Positions 9,344-18,587 are shown, counted from the stretch's first letter. The stretch is DNA of 64,000 nt from an uncultured Chloroflexia bacterium (GCA_963728205.1 CAVSIV010000001.1:608001-672000); one strand, 5' to 3'. A program made the numbers and translations. Notes: a model not told the origin generated them from the sequence alone.

Positions 9344-11161
9344 ATGGCTACTGCTGCCGGCACGATGCCCGCCGTCAGTCCCCACACGGGACTGTGGTCA
9401 TGGCTCACCACGGTCGACCACAAGCGCATCGGGACTCTCTACGGGGTCACCGCCACCATCTTCTTCATGGTGGGCGGCCTCGAGGCCGTGCTCGTGCGCA
9501 CCCAGCTCGCCGTGCCCAACGGGCACGTGATCGACGCCGAACGCTACGACCAGCTCTTCACGATGCACGCGCTCACGATGATCTTCCTGGCCATCATGCC
9601 GCTGGGAGCGGCGTTCTTTAACTGGCTCATCCCGCTGATGATCGGCGCGCGCGACGTTGCGTTCCCGCGCCTGAACGCGCTCTCGTACTGGATCTTCCTC
9701 GGCGGCGGCATCGTCCTGTACAGCAGCTTCGTGCTGGGCGGCGCCCCGGACTCCGGCTGGTTCGCCTACGCCCCGCTGTCCGACCGCGCCGTCGTCGCGA
9801 ACATGTTCAGTGGCGGCAGCGGCATGAACTTCTACGCCGTCGGGCTGCTGATCCTCGGAATCTCATCGCTGATCGCGGCGCTGAACTTCGCGGTGACCAT
9901 CATCAACATGCGCGCGCCCGGGATGACGATGATGCGTCTCCCGGTCTTCGTCTGGATGACGCTCGTCGTCGCGTTCCTGCTCATCCTGTCGCTGCCGGTC
10001 CTCACCGTCGGCCTGCTGGAGCTGCTGTTCGACCGCGAGTTCGGGACGAACTTCTTCATCACCGCCAACGGCGGTGATCCGATCCTGTGGCAGCACCTGT
10101 TCTGGATCTTCGGTCACCCCGAGGTGTACGTGCTGATCCTGCCGTCGTTCGGCATCATCAGCGAGGTGCTCCCGGTGATGTCGAAGAAGCCGCTCTTCGG
10201 CTACGCCGCCGTGGTCTTCGCCGGTGTCTCGATCGCCGTGCTGGGCTTCGCGGTGTGGAGCCACCACATGTTCACGACCGGGCTGGGCACCGTGCCCCAG
10301 ATCGTCTTCTCCGCGAGCACGATGGCCATCGCGGTGCCGACCGGCGTGAAGATCTTCAACTGGCTGGGCACGCTGTACGGCGGGAACATCCGCTTCACCA
10401 CGGCGACCTACTTCGCGATCTCGCTGATCGTGCTGTTCACCATCGGCGGCATCAGCGGCGTCATGCACGCCACGGTGCCCGTCGACATGCAGCAGCAGGA
10501 CACCTACTTCGTCGTCGCCCACCTGCACTACGTGCTCTTCGGCGGCTCGATCATGGGCATCTTCTCGGGCATCTACTACTGGTTCCCGAAGTTCACTGGC
10601 CGCTTCCTCAGCGAGTCGCTTGGCAAGGTGCACTTCTGGCTGTTCTTCATCGGCATGAACCTGACGTTCTTCCCGATGCACTTCCTCGGCATCGCGGGAA
10701 TGCCCCGTCGCATCTACACCTACGACGCCCACCTCGGGTGGGGCCTGTGGAACATGGTCGCGACGATCGGGGCCTACACGATCGCGACGGGCATGCTGGT
10801 CTTTGTCATCAACTTCTTCCGCAGCCTGAGCCAGCCGGCGACGGCCCCGGACAACCCGTGGGACGGCGCGACGCTCGAGTGGGCGACCAGCTCGCCGCCG
10901 CCGGAGCACGACTTCGACGTCATCCCGGACGTCCACGACCGGGATCCGCTCTGGTACAACCGCGACCACAACATCGCGGCCACCGAGCCCCCGGCGCACC
11001 TGCACATCCACATGCCGCCGCCGTCGTACTACCCGATGGTGCTGGCGCTCGGCGTCGTCCTCGTCGGGGTCGGCGTGCTGTCGAGCCTGGCGGTCACCGC
11101 CCTTGGAGTGGTCATCGCGTTCTACGCCACATGGGCGTGGATCCTCGAGCCGACGGAGTAG
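9344..11161 (+). CDS. ctaD: Cytochrome c oxidase subunit I (A1 family) with two extra C-terminal TM helices
   Basis: TVDHKRIG, DVAFPRLN (D-channel), FGHPEVY, WSHHMF, PTGVKIF (K-channel), VVAHLHY, GMPRR. Confidence 0.97.
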   Translation: MATAAGTMPAVSPHTGLWSWLTTVDHKRIGTLYGVTATIFFMVGGLEAVLVRTQLAVPNGHVIDAERYDQLFTMHALTMIFLAIMPLGAAFFNWLIPLMIGARDVAFPRLNALSYWIFLGGGIVLYSSFVLGGAPDSGWFAYAPLSDRAVVANMFSGGSGMNFYAVGLLILGISSLIAALNFAVTIINMRAPGMTMMRLPVFVWMTLVVAFLLILSLPVLTVGLLELLFDREFGTNFFITANGGDPILWQHLFWIFGHPEVYVLILPSFGIISEVLPVMSKKPLFGYAAVVFAGVSIAVLGFAVWSHHMFTTGLGTVPQIVFSASTMAIAVPTGVKIFNWLGTLYGGNIRFTTATYFAISLIVLFTIGGISGVMHATVPVDMQQQDTYFVVAHLHYVLFGGSIMGIFSGIYYWFPKFTGRFLSESLGKVHFWLFFIGMNLTFFPMHFLGIAGMPRRIYTYDAHLGWGLWNMVATIGAYTIATGMLVFVINFFRSLSQPATAPDNPWDGATLEWATSSPPPEHDFDVIPDVHDRDPLWYNRDHNIAATEPPAHLHIHMPPPSYYPMVLALGVVLVGVGVLSSLAVTALGVVIAFYATWAWILEPTE

Positions 11162-11171
11162 GAGAGCATCG

Positions 11172-11774
11172 ATGGCGGTAGCCGCGACTGAGCACGGGCC
11201 CGTTCATCACACGACGACGGGCATCGACAACCGGAAGCTCCTCATGTGGATCTTCCTGGCGTCCGAGTGCCTGTTCTTCGGTGCCCTGATCTCGGCGTAC
11301 CTGATCTTCAAGGGGAAGTCACTCGTCGGCCCGTACCCGGGCGACATCGTGAACATCCCGGTGACGTCGGCGAGCACGTTCGTCCTGCTGATGAGCAGCC
11401 TCGCGATGGTGCTCGCCGTCTACGGCGCCGAGCACGGCCGCCCGCGCATGATGAAGCTCTGGCTGCTCGTCACGATCCTGCTGGGCCTGACGTTCCTCGG
11501 CTTCCAGGCCTACGAGTTCCGCTCGTTCGGCTCCGAGGGGCTGAACCTCACGACCAACCAGTTCGGTGCCACGTTCTTCATGCTCACGGGCTTCCACGGG
11601 ACGCACGTGGCCGTCGGCGTGCTGGCGCTCACGTCGCTCCTGGTGGCTTCCTTCCGGCGGAGCGGGCTGGGGCCCGAGGCCGGGTTCAACGTCGAGGTCG
11701 TCGGCCTCTACTGGCACTTCGTCGACATCGTCTGGATCATCATCTTCACGGTCATCTACCTGATGCCTCATTAG
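11172..11774 (+). CDS. ctaE: Cytochrome c oxidase subunit III (5-TM form)
   Basis: WIFLASECLFF, TGFHGTHV, YWHFVDIVW; ATG at 11172 after GGAGAG. Confidence 0.95.
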   Translation: MAVAATEHGPVHHTTTGIDNRKLLMWIFLASECLFFGALISAYLIFKGKSLVGPYPGDIVNIPVTSASTFVLLMSSLAMVLAVYGAEHGRPRMMKLWLLVTILLGLTFLGFQAYEFRSFGSEGLNLTTNQFGATFFMLTGFHGTHVAVGVLALTSLLVASFRRSGLGPEAGFNVEVVGLYWHFVDIVWIIIFTVIYLMPH

Positions 11775-11804
11775 GCGGCGCGGCGGATCGGAGCGGAACG
11801 CCCC

Positions 11805-12551
11805 ATGACCAGCGAAATGACCCACGGCGAGGCGGAGCTGCCGCCCGTTCAGCATCCGCTGCCGCGGATCGGTCCGCGCCAGTACGTCATCATTGGCGTG
11901 ATTCTGACCATCGTGACCAGCATCGAGCTGTGGGTCTCGTACTCACCGCTCGGCGGCCTCAAGATTCCGATCCTGATCCTGCTGTCGGCATTCAAGTTTG
12001 CGGTCGTCGTCGCCTTCTTCATGCACCTGCGCTTCGACGCCCCCGCGCTGACGCGGTTCTTCGTCTTCGGCCTGGCGCTCGCCGGCGTGCTGCTCCTGGC
12101 GCTGATCTCCATCTTCTGGAACGACACGACGGAGCACCGCCCGGCTCCGCAGCCGTACGTGAAGTCCGAGGCGGCCGCACCGGCGGCGTCCGGCGGCGGC
12201 GCGGCCGCCACCGCGGCCACGACCGTCACGGTCACGGAGCGGGAGTTCGCGATCAGCCTCGGTTCCGACAGCGCGCCGGCCGGCACGGTCACGTTCGACA
12301 TCTCGAACGCCGGCTCCGTCGCGCACAACGTCTACGTCATCAAGACCGACCTCGCGCCGGACGCGCTCCCGACAGCCGGCGGCCAGATCGACCAGAGCAA
12401 GGTCGACGTCGTCGCGCATACGGATGGTGACATCGCGGCGGGGCAGTCGGCAAAGGTGAGCGCCAAGCTCGCCGCAGGTTCCTACGTGCTCGTGTGCGAC
12501 GTGCCGGGCCACTACCAGCTCGGGATGCACGTCGCCTTCACCGTGAAGTAG
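11805..12551 (+). CDS. Cytochrome c oxidase subunit IV fused to a C-terminal type-1 blue copper (auracyanin/sulfocyanin-like cupredoxin) domain
   Basis: Three TM helices with KFAVVVAFFMHLRFD (caa3 subunit IV), Ala/Thr linker, then AGTVTFDISNAGSVAHN...YVLVCDVPGHYQLGM (His, Cys-x4-His-x4-Met). Confidence 0.88.
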   Translation: MTSEMTHGEAELPPVQHPLPRIGPRQYVIIGVILTIVTSIELWVSYSPLGGLKIPILILLSAFKFAVVVAFFMHLRFDAPALTRFFVFGLALAGVLLLALISIFWNDTTEHRPAPQPYVKSEAAAPAASGGGAAATAATTVTVTEREFAISLGSDSAPAGTVTFDISNAGSVAHNVYVIKTDLAPDALPTAGGQIDQSKVDVVAHTDGDIAAGQSAKVSAKLAAGSYVLVCDVPGHYQLGMHVAFTVK

Positions 12552-12575
12552 CGCCCGCGACCCCGGCCAGGAAGG

Positions 12576-12608
12576 ACGAAAGCCGCCGGCGCAGCCGGCG
12601 GCTTTCGT
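12576..12608. terminator. Probable bidirectional intrinsic terminator between cox operon and ctaG
   Basis: Perfect 15-bp stem ACGAAAGCCGCCGGC-gca-GCCGGCGGCTTTCGT between convergent genes. Confidence 0.8.
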
Positions 12609-12733
12609 GTGTCAGCCACGCAGGCCTGCGCCGCCGGCTGCGGCGAGGTTCTGGTCGCGGGCGGACCGGAAAGAATCGGGCCAAGCGACGGGCGCGCCGG
12701 ACGCGGGACCGCGCGATCACCGCGGCCGGGCGG

Positions 12734-13675
12734 CTAGGCCTCGACGGCGCTCCGCGCCTCCGCGCGGCGGCGATCCTCGGCCGCCTCCTGCGCGCGCTGC
12801 GCCTGCTCGGACTTGTGCGCCCAGACGGCGAACGTAACGCCCATCGCCGCGAGATACATCATCCCGCCCGGCACCCACATGATGAGTCCACCCAGCTGCT
12901 GATCGTCCAGCGGCGTGAGCGCGATCGGGCCGATCTCTCGCGCGTATGCGTGGTAGAGCGGGTGGCTGGCCAGGGTCAGCATCGCGCCGAGGAACTGCTG
13001 GGGAACGTTGCCCGCGAAGATGTACAGCACGCGCGGGATGTAGCTCAGCCGCGAGCGCAGCGGCTTCGGGTCGATGACGTTCCACCAGAACAGCCACGCC
13101 ACGCCGGCCATGCTCAGGTGTTCGATATCGTGCAGCACCGGGTGCGTCAGGGCCGCGTCGTACCACCCGGGGGCGAGGTGCCACAGCCAGAGCGTCGCGG
13201 TCATCGCGAAGATGGCCACGGCCGGGTGCGTGACCGTGCGGTAGGCCGCGCGCACGGAGCGCCGGCGCGCCAGCCGCCGGATCACGCCGAGCCGCAGCCA
13301 CCGCGGCATTCCGCGGAGCGACGGCGTCGTCGGCGCACCGAGGAGCAGCGCGGGGACCGCGAGCATCATCAGGATCTCGTGCTGGAGCATGTGAAACGCG
13401 AAGTAATCCTCGGACAGCGAGTCGATCGGCGACTCGAGGGCCAGGATCAGCAGCACGACGCCGAGGAAGAAGAACGCCGTCTGCCACCACGGGTGCTCGC
13501 GGCTGCGCGTCGTCCATCGTCGCAGCCCGCGCACGTAGAACCAGACTGCGAACCCGAGCGGCACGAGGAACTGCGGGTCGAAGCTCCAGCGCGCCCACAT
13601 CGGCGCGTTGGGGTCCACGACGTCGTGGCCCGTCGCGAACGGAAGCAGCAGGTCAGGCGACGGCAGGATGGCCAT
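12734..13675 (-). CDS. ctaG: Cytochrome c oxidase assembly factor, Caa3_CtaG family
   Basis: SPID...FAFHMLQHEIL, LWLWH...YDAAL, HDIEH, DQQLGGLIMWVPG. Confidence 0.9.
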   Translation of the reverse strand: MAILPSPDLLLPFATGHDVVDPNAPMWARWSFDPQFLVPLGFAVWFYVRGLRRWTTRSREHPWWQTAFFFLGVVLLILALESPIDSLSEDYFAFHMLQHEILMMLAVPALLLGAPTTPSLRGMPRWLRLGVIRRLARRRSVRAAYRTVTHPAVAIFAMTATLWLWHLAPGWYDAALTHPVLHDIEHLSMAGVAWLFWWNVIDPKPLRSRLSYIPRVLYIFAGNVPQQFLGAMLTLASHPLYHAYAREIGPIALTPLDDQQLGGLIMWVPGGMMYLAAMGVTFAVWAHKSEQAQRAQEAAEDRRRAEARSAVEA

Positions 13676-13770
13676 GCCGGATCCTTCTCGGGCAGCGGTG
13701 TTCGCGGCGCTCCGTAAAGTGTCTCCCAGATCGGGCTCGGCCGCACGCGCGGCGCGAGGCGCCGCGGGCG

Positions 13771-14175
13771 CTATGCCGGCGCGGCCGGCTCGTCACCGGA
13801 GGCGCTGGGCGGGGGCTCGGCGCCGGCGTCCGGCACGGCCCCCGAGAGGCGCGTCGCGACGGCCGCGCTGAGCGTGTCGACGGCCGTGAGCTGGATCCAC
13901 GTCTCGAACGCCTCGCGGATCGCGGAGTATGCCGCTTCGATCTCCGCCTCGAGCCGCGGGCTCGTCGACGTCGCCTGGCGTGCCCCGGCGATGCGCTCGA
14001 GCAGGGCCTCGAGCCGCGGCGTGAGGTCGTCGTGGAGCTCGTGGAACTCCTCGTCCTCCTCGGCGTGCCCGCGGTCGCGCATGATCTGCAGCGCGCCCAT
14101 CACCCAGGCGATCGTGCCCAGCAGGGTGCCGGTCTCCTCGCGCGTCAGCGCCAGCGGGATGCGGTCGTCGCTCAT
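13771..14175 (-). CDS. Hypothetical alpha-helical protein (134 aa)
   Basis: MSDDRIPLALTREETG...; ATGA overlap with the ROK-like gene stop; protein-like composition. Confidence 0.7.
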   Translation of the reverse strand: MSDDRIPLALTREETGTLLGTIAWVMGALQIMRDRGHAEEDEEFHELHDDLTPRLEALLERIAGARQATSTSPRLEAEIEAAYSAIREAFETWIQLTAVDTLSAAVATRLSGAVPDAGAEPPPSASGDEPAAPA

Positions 14176-14963
14176 GCGTCGCGCTCTCCTTCGTAGGCGA
14201 CCGTCGAGGCGACGCGCACGGCGCCGGTCAGCGCGCCCTCGTCGCCCAGGCGCGCGGCGACGACATGCGGACCGGCCGCCACCTCGTCGAGCACCCGCTG
14301 GAGCAGCGGGATCACGATCTGCGCATGCGCCGGCTCGGCGTCGACCACGATCAGCTCCGGGTCGAGCAGCGCCGCGGCGTCGGCCAGCACGCCGGTCAGC
14401 ACCTGCAGCGCATCGTCGTCCGGCGACGCTCCGGCCGGCAGTTCCGGCACCGCCGGCAGCCCACCCGCGCCGTCGTGCGCGCCGCGAGCCACGCGCCCGC
14501 CCAGGAGCAGAGCGGCCGTGGGGATGCCCCGCAGCGACACGTACAGCGCATCCGTCGCGTCGAGCGCCACGCCGGCCGCCGTCTCCGCGATCAGTGCCGC
14601 ATGGGCGCGGTTCACCGCCGCGACCGGCGCGCCGAGGTGCCTGCGCAGCGCGTCGGCCACCGCGAGGCCGTCCCACTCCGGCTGTCCGCTGGTCGCGAGC
14701 AGGTGCCCCGTCGCGCCGTCGACGTTGCCCGGGCAGGCGACACCGATGCCGAGTGCGGATCGTCGGTGTCCCTCGCGCGCGAAGGCCATCGCGATGCGGC
14801 CGCCGACCTCCCACGCCCACGCCGCCTCGCTGGGGAGAGCCGGCAGCGGCCACTCCTCGCGTGCGATCGACGCGCCGTCGAGGTCGGCGAGCAGCACCCG
14901 CAGCCGGTCGGCGGTGAAATCGACGGCGACCAGCACGGGATCGCCGGGCGGGGGGATGGTCAT
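14172..14963 (-). CDS. ROK-family protein, degenerate (likely catalytically inactive, no HTH)
   Basis: ROK fold cues (LADLDG, GIGVACPGNVD, LLDPELIVV, LGDEGALTGA), but DxGGT, NDAN, GTGxG and GExGH motifs are replaced. Confidence 0.8.
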   Translation of the reverse strand: MTIPPPGDPVLVAVDFTADRLRVLLADLDGASIAREEWPLPALPSEAAWAWEVGGRIAMAFAREGHRRSALGIGVACPGNVDGATGHLLATSGQPEWDGLAVADALRRHLGAPVAAVNRAHAALIAETAAGVALDATDALYVSLRGIPTAALLLGGRVARGAHDGAGGLPAVPELPAGASPDDDALQVLTGVLADAAALLDPELIVVDAEPAHAQIVIPLLQRVLDEVAAGPHVVAARLGDEGALTGAVRVASTVAYEGERDA

Positions 14964-15027
14964 GCGAGCCTCGTTCCGTGGACGGCCGCCCGGGCCGGCG
15001 CGACCCGCGGGGCCGGCGCGGCCGGCC

Positions 15028-16107
15028 TCACTGCCACGCGGCTTCCAGCTTGCGCAGCGCGGCGACCGCTTCGTTCACGTCATGTTGCGTCATCACGGCC
15101 GCAAGCGGGATCGCCAGCAGCTCCCCCGGCAGGCGCTGGGCGACGGGGAAGTGGTCGGCGTCGAGCCGCGGATCGCCGGCGCCCAGCAGCGCGCCGAGCC
15201 GCTCGCTTGCGTGAAGCGGCCGTCCGGCCGCGGGCGTGCAGGCGATGCCCTCCGCGCGGAGAGCATCAATCGTCGCGTCGAGCGTCCGGCGCCAGAGCAG
15301 GCTGCGCAGCCGCACGACATACACCGAGTAGGCGTGGCGGATTGCTCGCCCGTGCGGCATCCCGGCGGCGCCGCGCATCCCGCGGATCCCGAACGTGAGC
15401 TCCCATGCCGCGTGCCGGCGTAGCTCCAGCGCGGCCACCTCGGCGCGCAGCCAGCCGAGCGCGCGTCGCGCCGCCGCCGTGTCCGGCGGCGCGTCCTCGA
15501 CGCCCGCCGCGCCCGCCGTCCACGTGACGGCGGCTGCTGCGGAGGCATCGTCGGCAGCGCCCAGGCGGACGACGCTCACGTCACCCAGCGCGCCGGCCGG
15601 CCGTCCGCGCTCGGACGCGCCGAGCGCGCCCGACGCGTCCTCGACGAGCGGCACTTCGCGAGGGCCGATGAGCCGCCGCAGCTCCGTCACCGCCGCGGGG
15701 TGGCCGAATGGGTGCAGCACGATCACTGCCCGCGTCTCCTCGCCCAGCACGCGGGAGAGCCCGCGCGGCGACAGCGCGGCCGACTCTGCGTCGACCTCCA
15801 CCGGCATCGGGACGAGCCCGGCCGCGGCGATGCTCTCCACCCAGGCGTCGGCGCCGAGGTCGGGGACTGCGACCTCGCGGCCCCGCGCGGGGAGCGCGGC
15901 GAGCACCGCGGCGCGTGCCTCGGCCGGTCCCGCGACGAGCCGCGCCGGCCGCTCCTCGGCGCCGAGGAGCGCCGACAGCTCGCGCACCAGCGCTGCGGCC
16001 GCGTCGCGGTCGTCGGCGGGCGCGGGCTCCGGGTCGGTGGGCCATGGATCGGTGCGAACCGGCGGGCCGCCGTCGATTGCGAGCGGCTGCGGGTGCTCGT
16101 CAGTCAC
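15028..16107 (-). CDS. DegT/DnrJ/EryC1/StrS aminotransferase-fold protein lacking the PLP lysine
   Basis: LAIDGGPPVR, VIVLHPFGHP, VEDASGALGA, HAYSVYVVR; SFxxxK replaced by RLGAAD. Confidence 0.82.
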   Translation of the reverse strand: MTDEHPQPLAIDGGPPVRTDPWPTDPEPAPADDRDAAAALVRELSALLGAEERPARLVAGPAEARAAVLAALPARGREVAVPDLGADAWVESIAAAGLVPMPVEVDAESAALSPRGLSRVLGEETRAVIVLHPFGHPAAVTELRRLIGPREVPLVEDASGALGASERGRPAGALGDVSVVRLGAADDASAAAAVTWTAGAAGVEDAPPDTAAARRALGWLRAEVAALELRRHAAWELTFGIRGMRGAAGMPHGRAIRHAYSVYVVRLRSLLWRRTLDATIDALRAEGIACTPAAGRPLHASERLGALLGAGDPRLDADHFPVAQRLPGELLAIPLAAVMTQHDVNEAVAALRKLEAAWQ

Positions 16108-16216
16108 CCGCGGAATCTACGCGAGCCCACCTGCGCGCGCAAAACGCCCGCCGCGGGAAGTCGAGTACGCGCCGCGTGCTGGACCGGATGGGACGCGGGC
16201 AGCGCGCGCGAAGGCG

Positions 16217-16480
16217 CTAGCTCGCCATCGCCTGACGCGCTTGACCGTCCAGCGCCGGCACCAGCGCTGCGGGCGGGATGGCAAGCACGTCCGAGAGTGC
16301 GAGCAGCGAACGCAGCGGAATGTCGCGCTTGCCGTTTTCATAATTCGACAGCGCCGCCTGCGTAATCCCGGACAGCCATGCCACGTCGGCCTGCGTCTTC
16401 CCCTGGTTCAGGCGGATCTGGCGCAGCCGCACGGCCGTGTCGTCGCGGTCGTAGTACCGGTCGTCGGTCGAGGTTTTCAT
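16217..16480 (-). CDS. XRE-family helix-turn-helix transcriptional regulator
   Basis: RLRQIRLNQGKTQADVAWLSGITQAALSNYENGKRDI; ATG at 16480 (alternative start 16489). Confidence 0.9.
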   Translation of the reverse strand: MKTSTDDRYYDRDDTAVRLRQIRLNQGKTQADVAWLSGITQAALSNYENGKRDIPLRSLLALSDVLAIPPAALVPALDGQARQAMAS

Positions 16481-16715
16481 CGGCCGCAAACCCTCTACCT
16501 CTCGTCAACGTTCGGTTCGTTCTGCCACCGACAGTATCCCGGCTAAACGAGTCATGCAACGGGGGTGATGGGCTCGGCGGGGAAGTGCCGGGTCTGTCGG
16601 CTAGAATCGCACCGGATTCGCGTCCCGCGCGACCCCGATCGCCGGTAGCCGAGATGCCCGGTGTCCATCGCTGCTGTCGGTCGGCGAAGGGGGGCGCGCG
16701 TGGAGAGGAGCGGCG

Positions 16716-17642
16716 GTGAGCGAAGCGATCGACCCGGCTCGCCGGCGCGGCGCCGGCGTCGGGATCATCGGCGCCGGGCGGCTGGGCAGCGCGCTCGCGG
16801 CGGCCCTGCGCGCCGCCGGCTACGACGGCGTGCGCGTCGGCACGCTCGCCGACCGCGACCCCGCGCGGGCCACGCGACTCGCGGGCGCGCTCGCGCTGCC
16901 CCCGCCGCTGGCGCCGGCGGCGCTCGCCGGAGCCTGCGCGCTCGTGTTCCTGTGCGTGCCCGACGGCGCGGTGCGTACGGTGGCGGACGCCTGGCCGGCG
17001 GGGCCGAGCGGCGCGGTCGTCCACTGCAGCGGCGCGCTCGGGCTCGACGTGCTTGCGACGCCGGCGACGCGCGCCGCGGTGGGGACGTTTCATCCCCTGC
17101 AGACGTTCCCCGCCGGCGAGCCGCCCGTGGAGGCGGCGCGACGGTTTGCGGGCGTCGTCTGCGGAGTCGAGGCGTCGAGCGGTGCAGCGGGCGGCGCGCT
17201 CGGCGAGACGCTCGAGGCGATCTCCGCCGACCTCGGTGCCCGCGCGGTGCGCCTCGAGGGCGTCGACCGTGCCGGCTATCACGCCGCGGCGGTGCTCGCG
17301 AGCAACGACGCCGTCGCGCTGATGGCGGCGGCTGCGCGCGCATGGTCGGCGGCGGGCCTCCCCGCGGCCGAGGCCCGGGAGGCGCTCGCGCCGCTCATGC
17401 TTGCCGCCGCCCGGAACATCGCGGCGCTGCCGCTCGAGCGCGCGCTGACCGGCCCGGTCGCGCGCGGCGACGTCGACACCGTCGCGCGCCACCTTGCCGC
17501 GCTCGCGCCCGACCCGGATCTGCGCGAGCTCTACCGGCGCCTCGCGTTCGAGCTGCTCGCGCTCGACCTCGGGCACGACGCGGCCACGGCGGCCGCGTTG
17601 CGCGCCGCGCTCGCCGAGGACGCGCGGCCGCGCGGGACGTGA
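16716..17642 (+). CDS. Rossmann-like plus DUF2520 domain protein (PanG-like oxidoreductase)
   Basis: IIGAGRLG, LCVPD, VHCSGALG, FHPLQTF, YHAAAVLASN, ALTGPVARGD. Confidence 0.9.
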   Translation: MSEAIDPARRRGAGVGIIGAGRLGSALAAALRAAGYDGVRVGTLADRDPARATRLAGALALPPPLAPAALAGACALVFLCVPDGAVRTVADAWPAGPSGAVVHCSGALGLDVLATPATRAAVGTFHPLQTFPAGEPPVEAARRFAGVVCGVEASSGAAGGALGETLEAISADLGARAVRLEGVDRAGYHAAAVLASNDAVALMAAAARAWSAAGLPAAEAREALAPLMLAAARNIAALPLERALTGPVARGDVDTVARHLAALAPDPDLRELYRRLAFELLALDLGHDAATAAALRAALAEDARPRGT

Positions 17643-17738
17643 GCGCAGCATCGCGCGCGCGGGCGGTCCCTTCGTCCGACCCCGCCTACACTGGCGCGCG
17701 GCGGCCGCGCTCGCGGACGCCCGACGGAAGGGAGCCCC

Positions 17739-18575
17739 GTGCGCCTCACGCTCGGCGAGGTGGTCATCGACTGCACGCACCACACCGCGGTGATGGGCAT
17801 CCTGAACATCTCCGACGACTCTCCCGTCGAGCACTCGCGCGTGGGCGTCGACCGCGCCGTCGACCGCGCACGTGAGCTTGCTGCACAGGGGGCCGAGATC
17901 ATCGACGTCGGCGCGAACTCGACGCTCACCGGCTCGCGCGATCTCGACGCGCAGGAGGAGATCGAACGGGTGGTGCCGGTCGTCGAGGGAATCGTGGCGG
18001 CGGGGCTGCCCGTGTCGGTCGACACCTGGAAGCCGGCGGTCGCACGCGCGGCGGCACAGGCGGGCGCGCACCTCCTCAACGACGTCAGCGGCTTCACCGA
18101 TCCCGCGATGATCGCGGTAGCCGAGGAGTTCGGCGTGCCGGGCGTCGTCATGCACATGCGCGGCGCGCCGAAGCACCACCGCGAGGTGAGCCAGGAGTAC
18201 ATGGACGTCGCGGCCGAGGTGCGGGGTTTCCTCGTCGACCGCGCGGTGGAGCTGCGGGCGCGCGGCGTGGAGGCGTGGCTCGACCCCGGCTTCGAGTTCG
18301 GGAAGTCGCTCGACGACAACGTGCGGCTCTACGCGGACCTGCCGAACCTCGTCGCCTCGGGCTACCCGGTGCTGATCTCCGCGTCGCGCAAATACTTCCT
18401 CGCGGAGCTGATCGGCCGCGAGCGCAGCCAGCACGTCGAGGGCCTGACCGAGGCGACGACGATCTTCAACGCGCTCGCCGCGCTCGCCGGCGTGCACGTG
18501 GTGCGCGTTCACGACGTGGCCCCGGTCGCGACGGCGATCCGCCTGGTGGACTCGCTGCGAAGGATGACCGCATAG
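17739..18575 (+). CDS. folP: Dihydropteroate synthase-like protein with divergent substrate loops
   Basis: VMGILN, IIDVG, SVDTWK, LNDVSG, VMHMRG, LDPGF, SRK, RVHDV. Confidence 0.88.
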   Translation: MRLTLGEVVIDCTHHTAVMGILNISDDSPVEHSRVGVDRAVDRARELAAQGAEIIDVGANSTLTGSRDLDAQEEIERVVPVVEGIVAAGLPVSVDTWKPAVARAAAQAGAHLLNDVSGFTDPAMIAVAEEFGVPGVVMHMRGAPKHHREVSQEYMDVAAEVRGFLVDRAVELRARGVEAWLDPGFEFGKSLDDNVRLYADLPNLVASGYPVLISASRKYFLAELIGRERSQHVEGLTEATTIFNALAALAGVHVVRVHDVAPVATAIRLVDSLRRMTA

Positions 18576-18587
18576 GTCTGCTCGTCG

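Noticed and set aside
10990-11161. Extra C-terminal helices on oxidase subunit I as a novelty
   Set aside because: Transfer of two subunit III helices to subunit I, with a 5-TM subunit III, is known from Bacillus caa3 and E. coli bo3 oxidases.
16560-16715. THF or ZTP riboswitch upstream of DUF2520-folP
   Set aside because: The conserved sequence elements of those riboswitches were not recognisable; only generic stems are seen.
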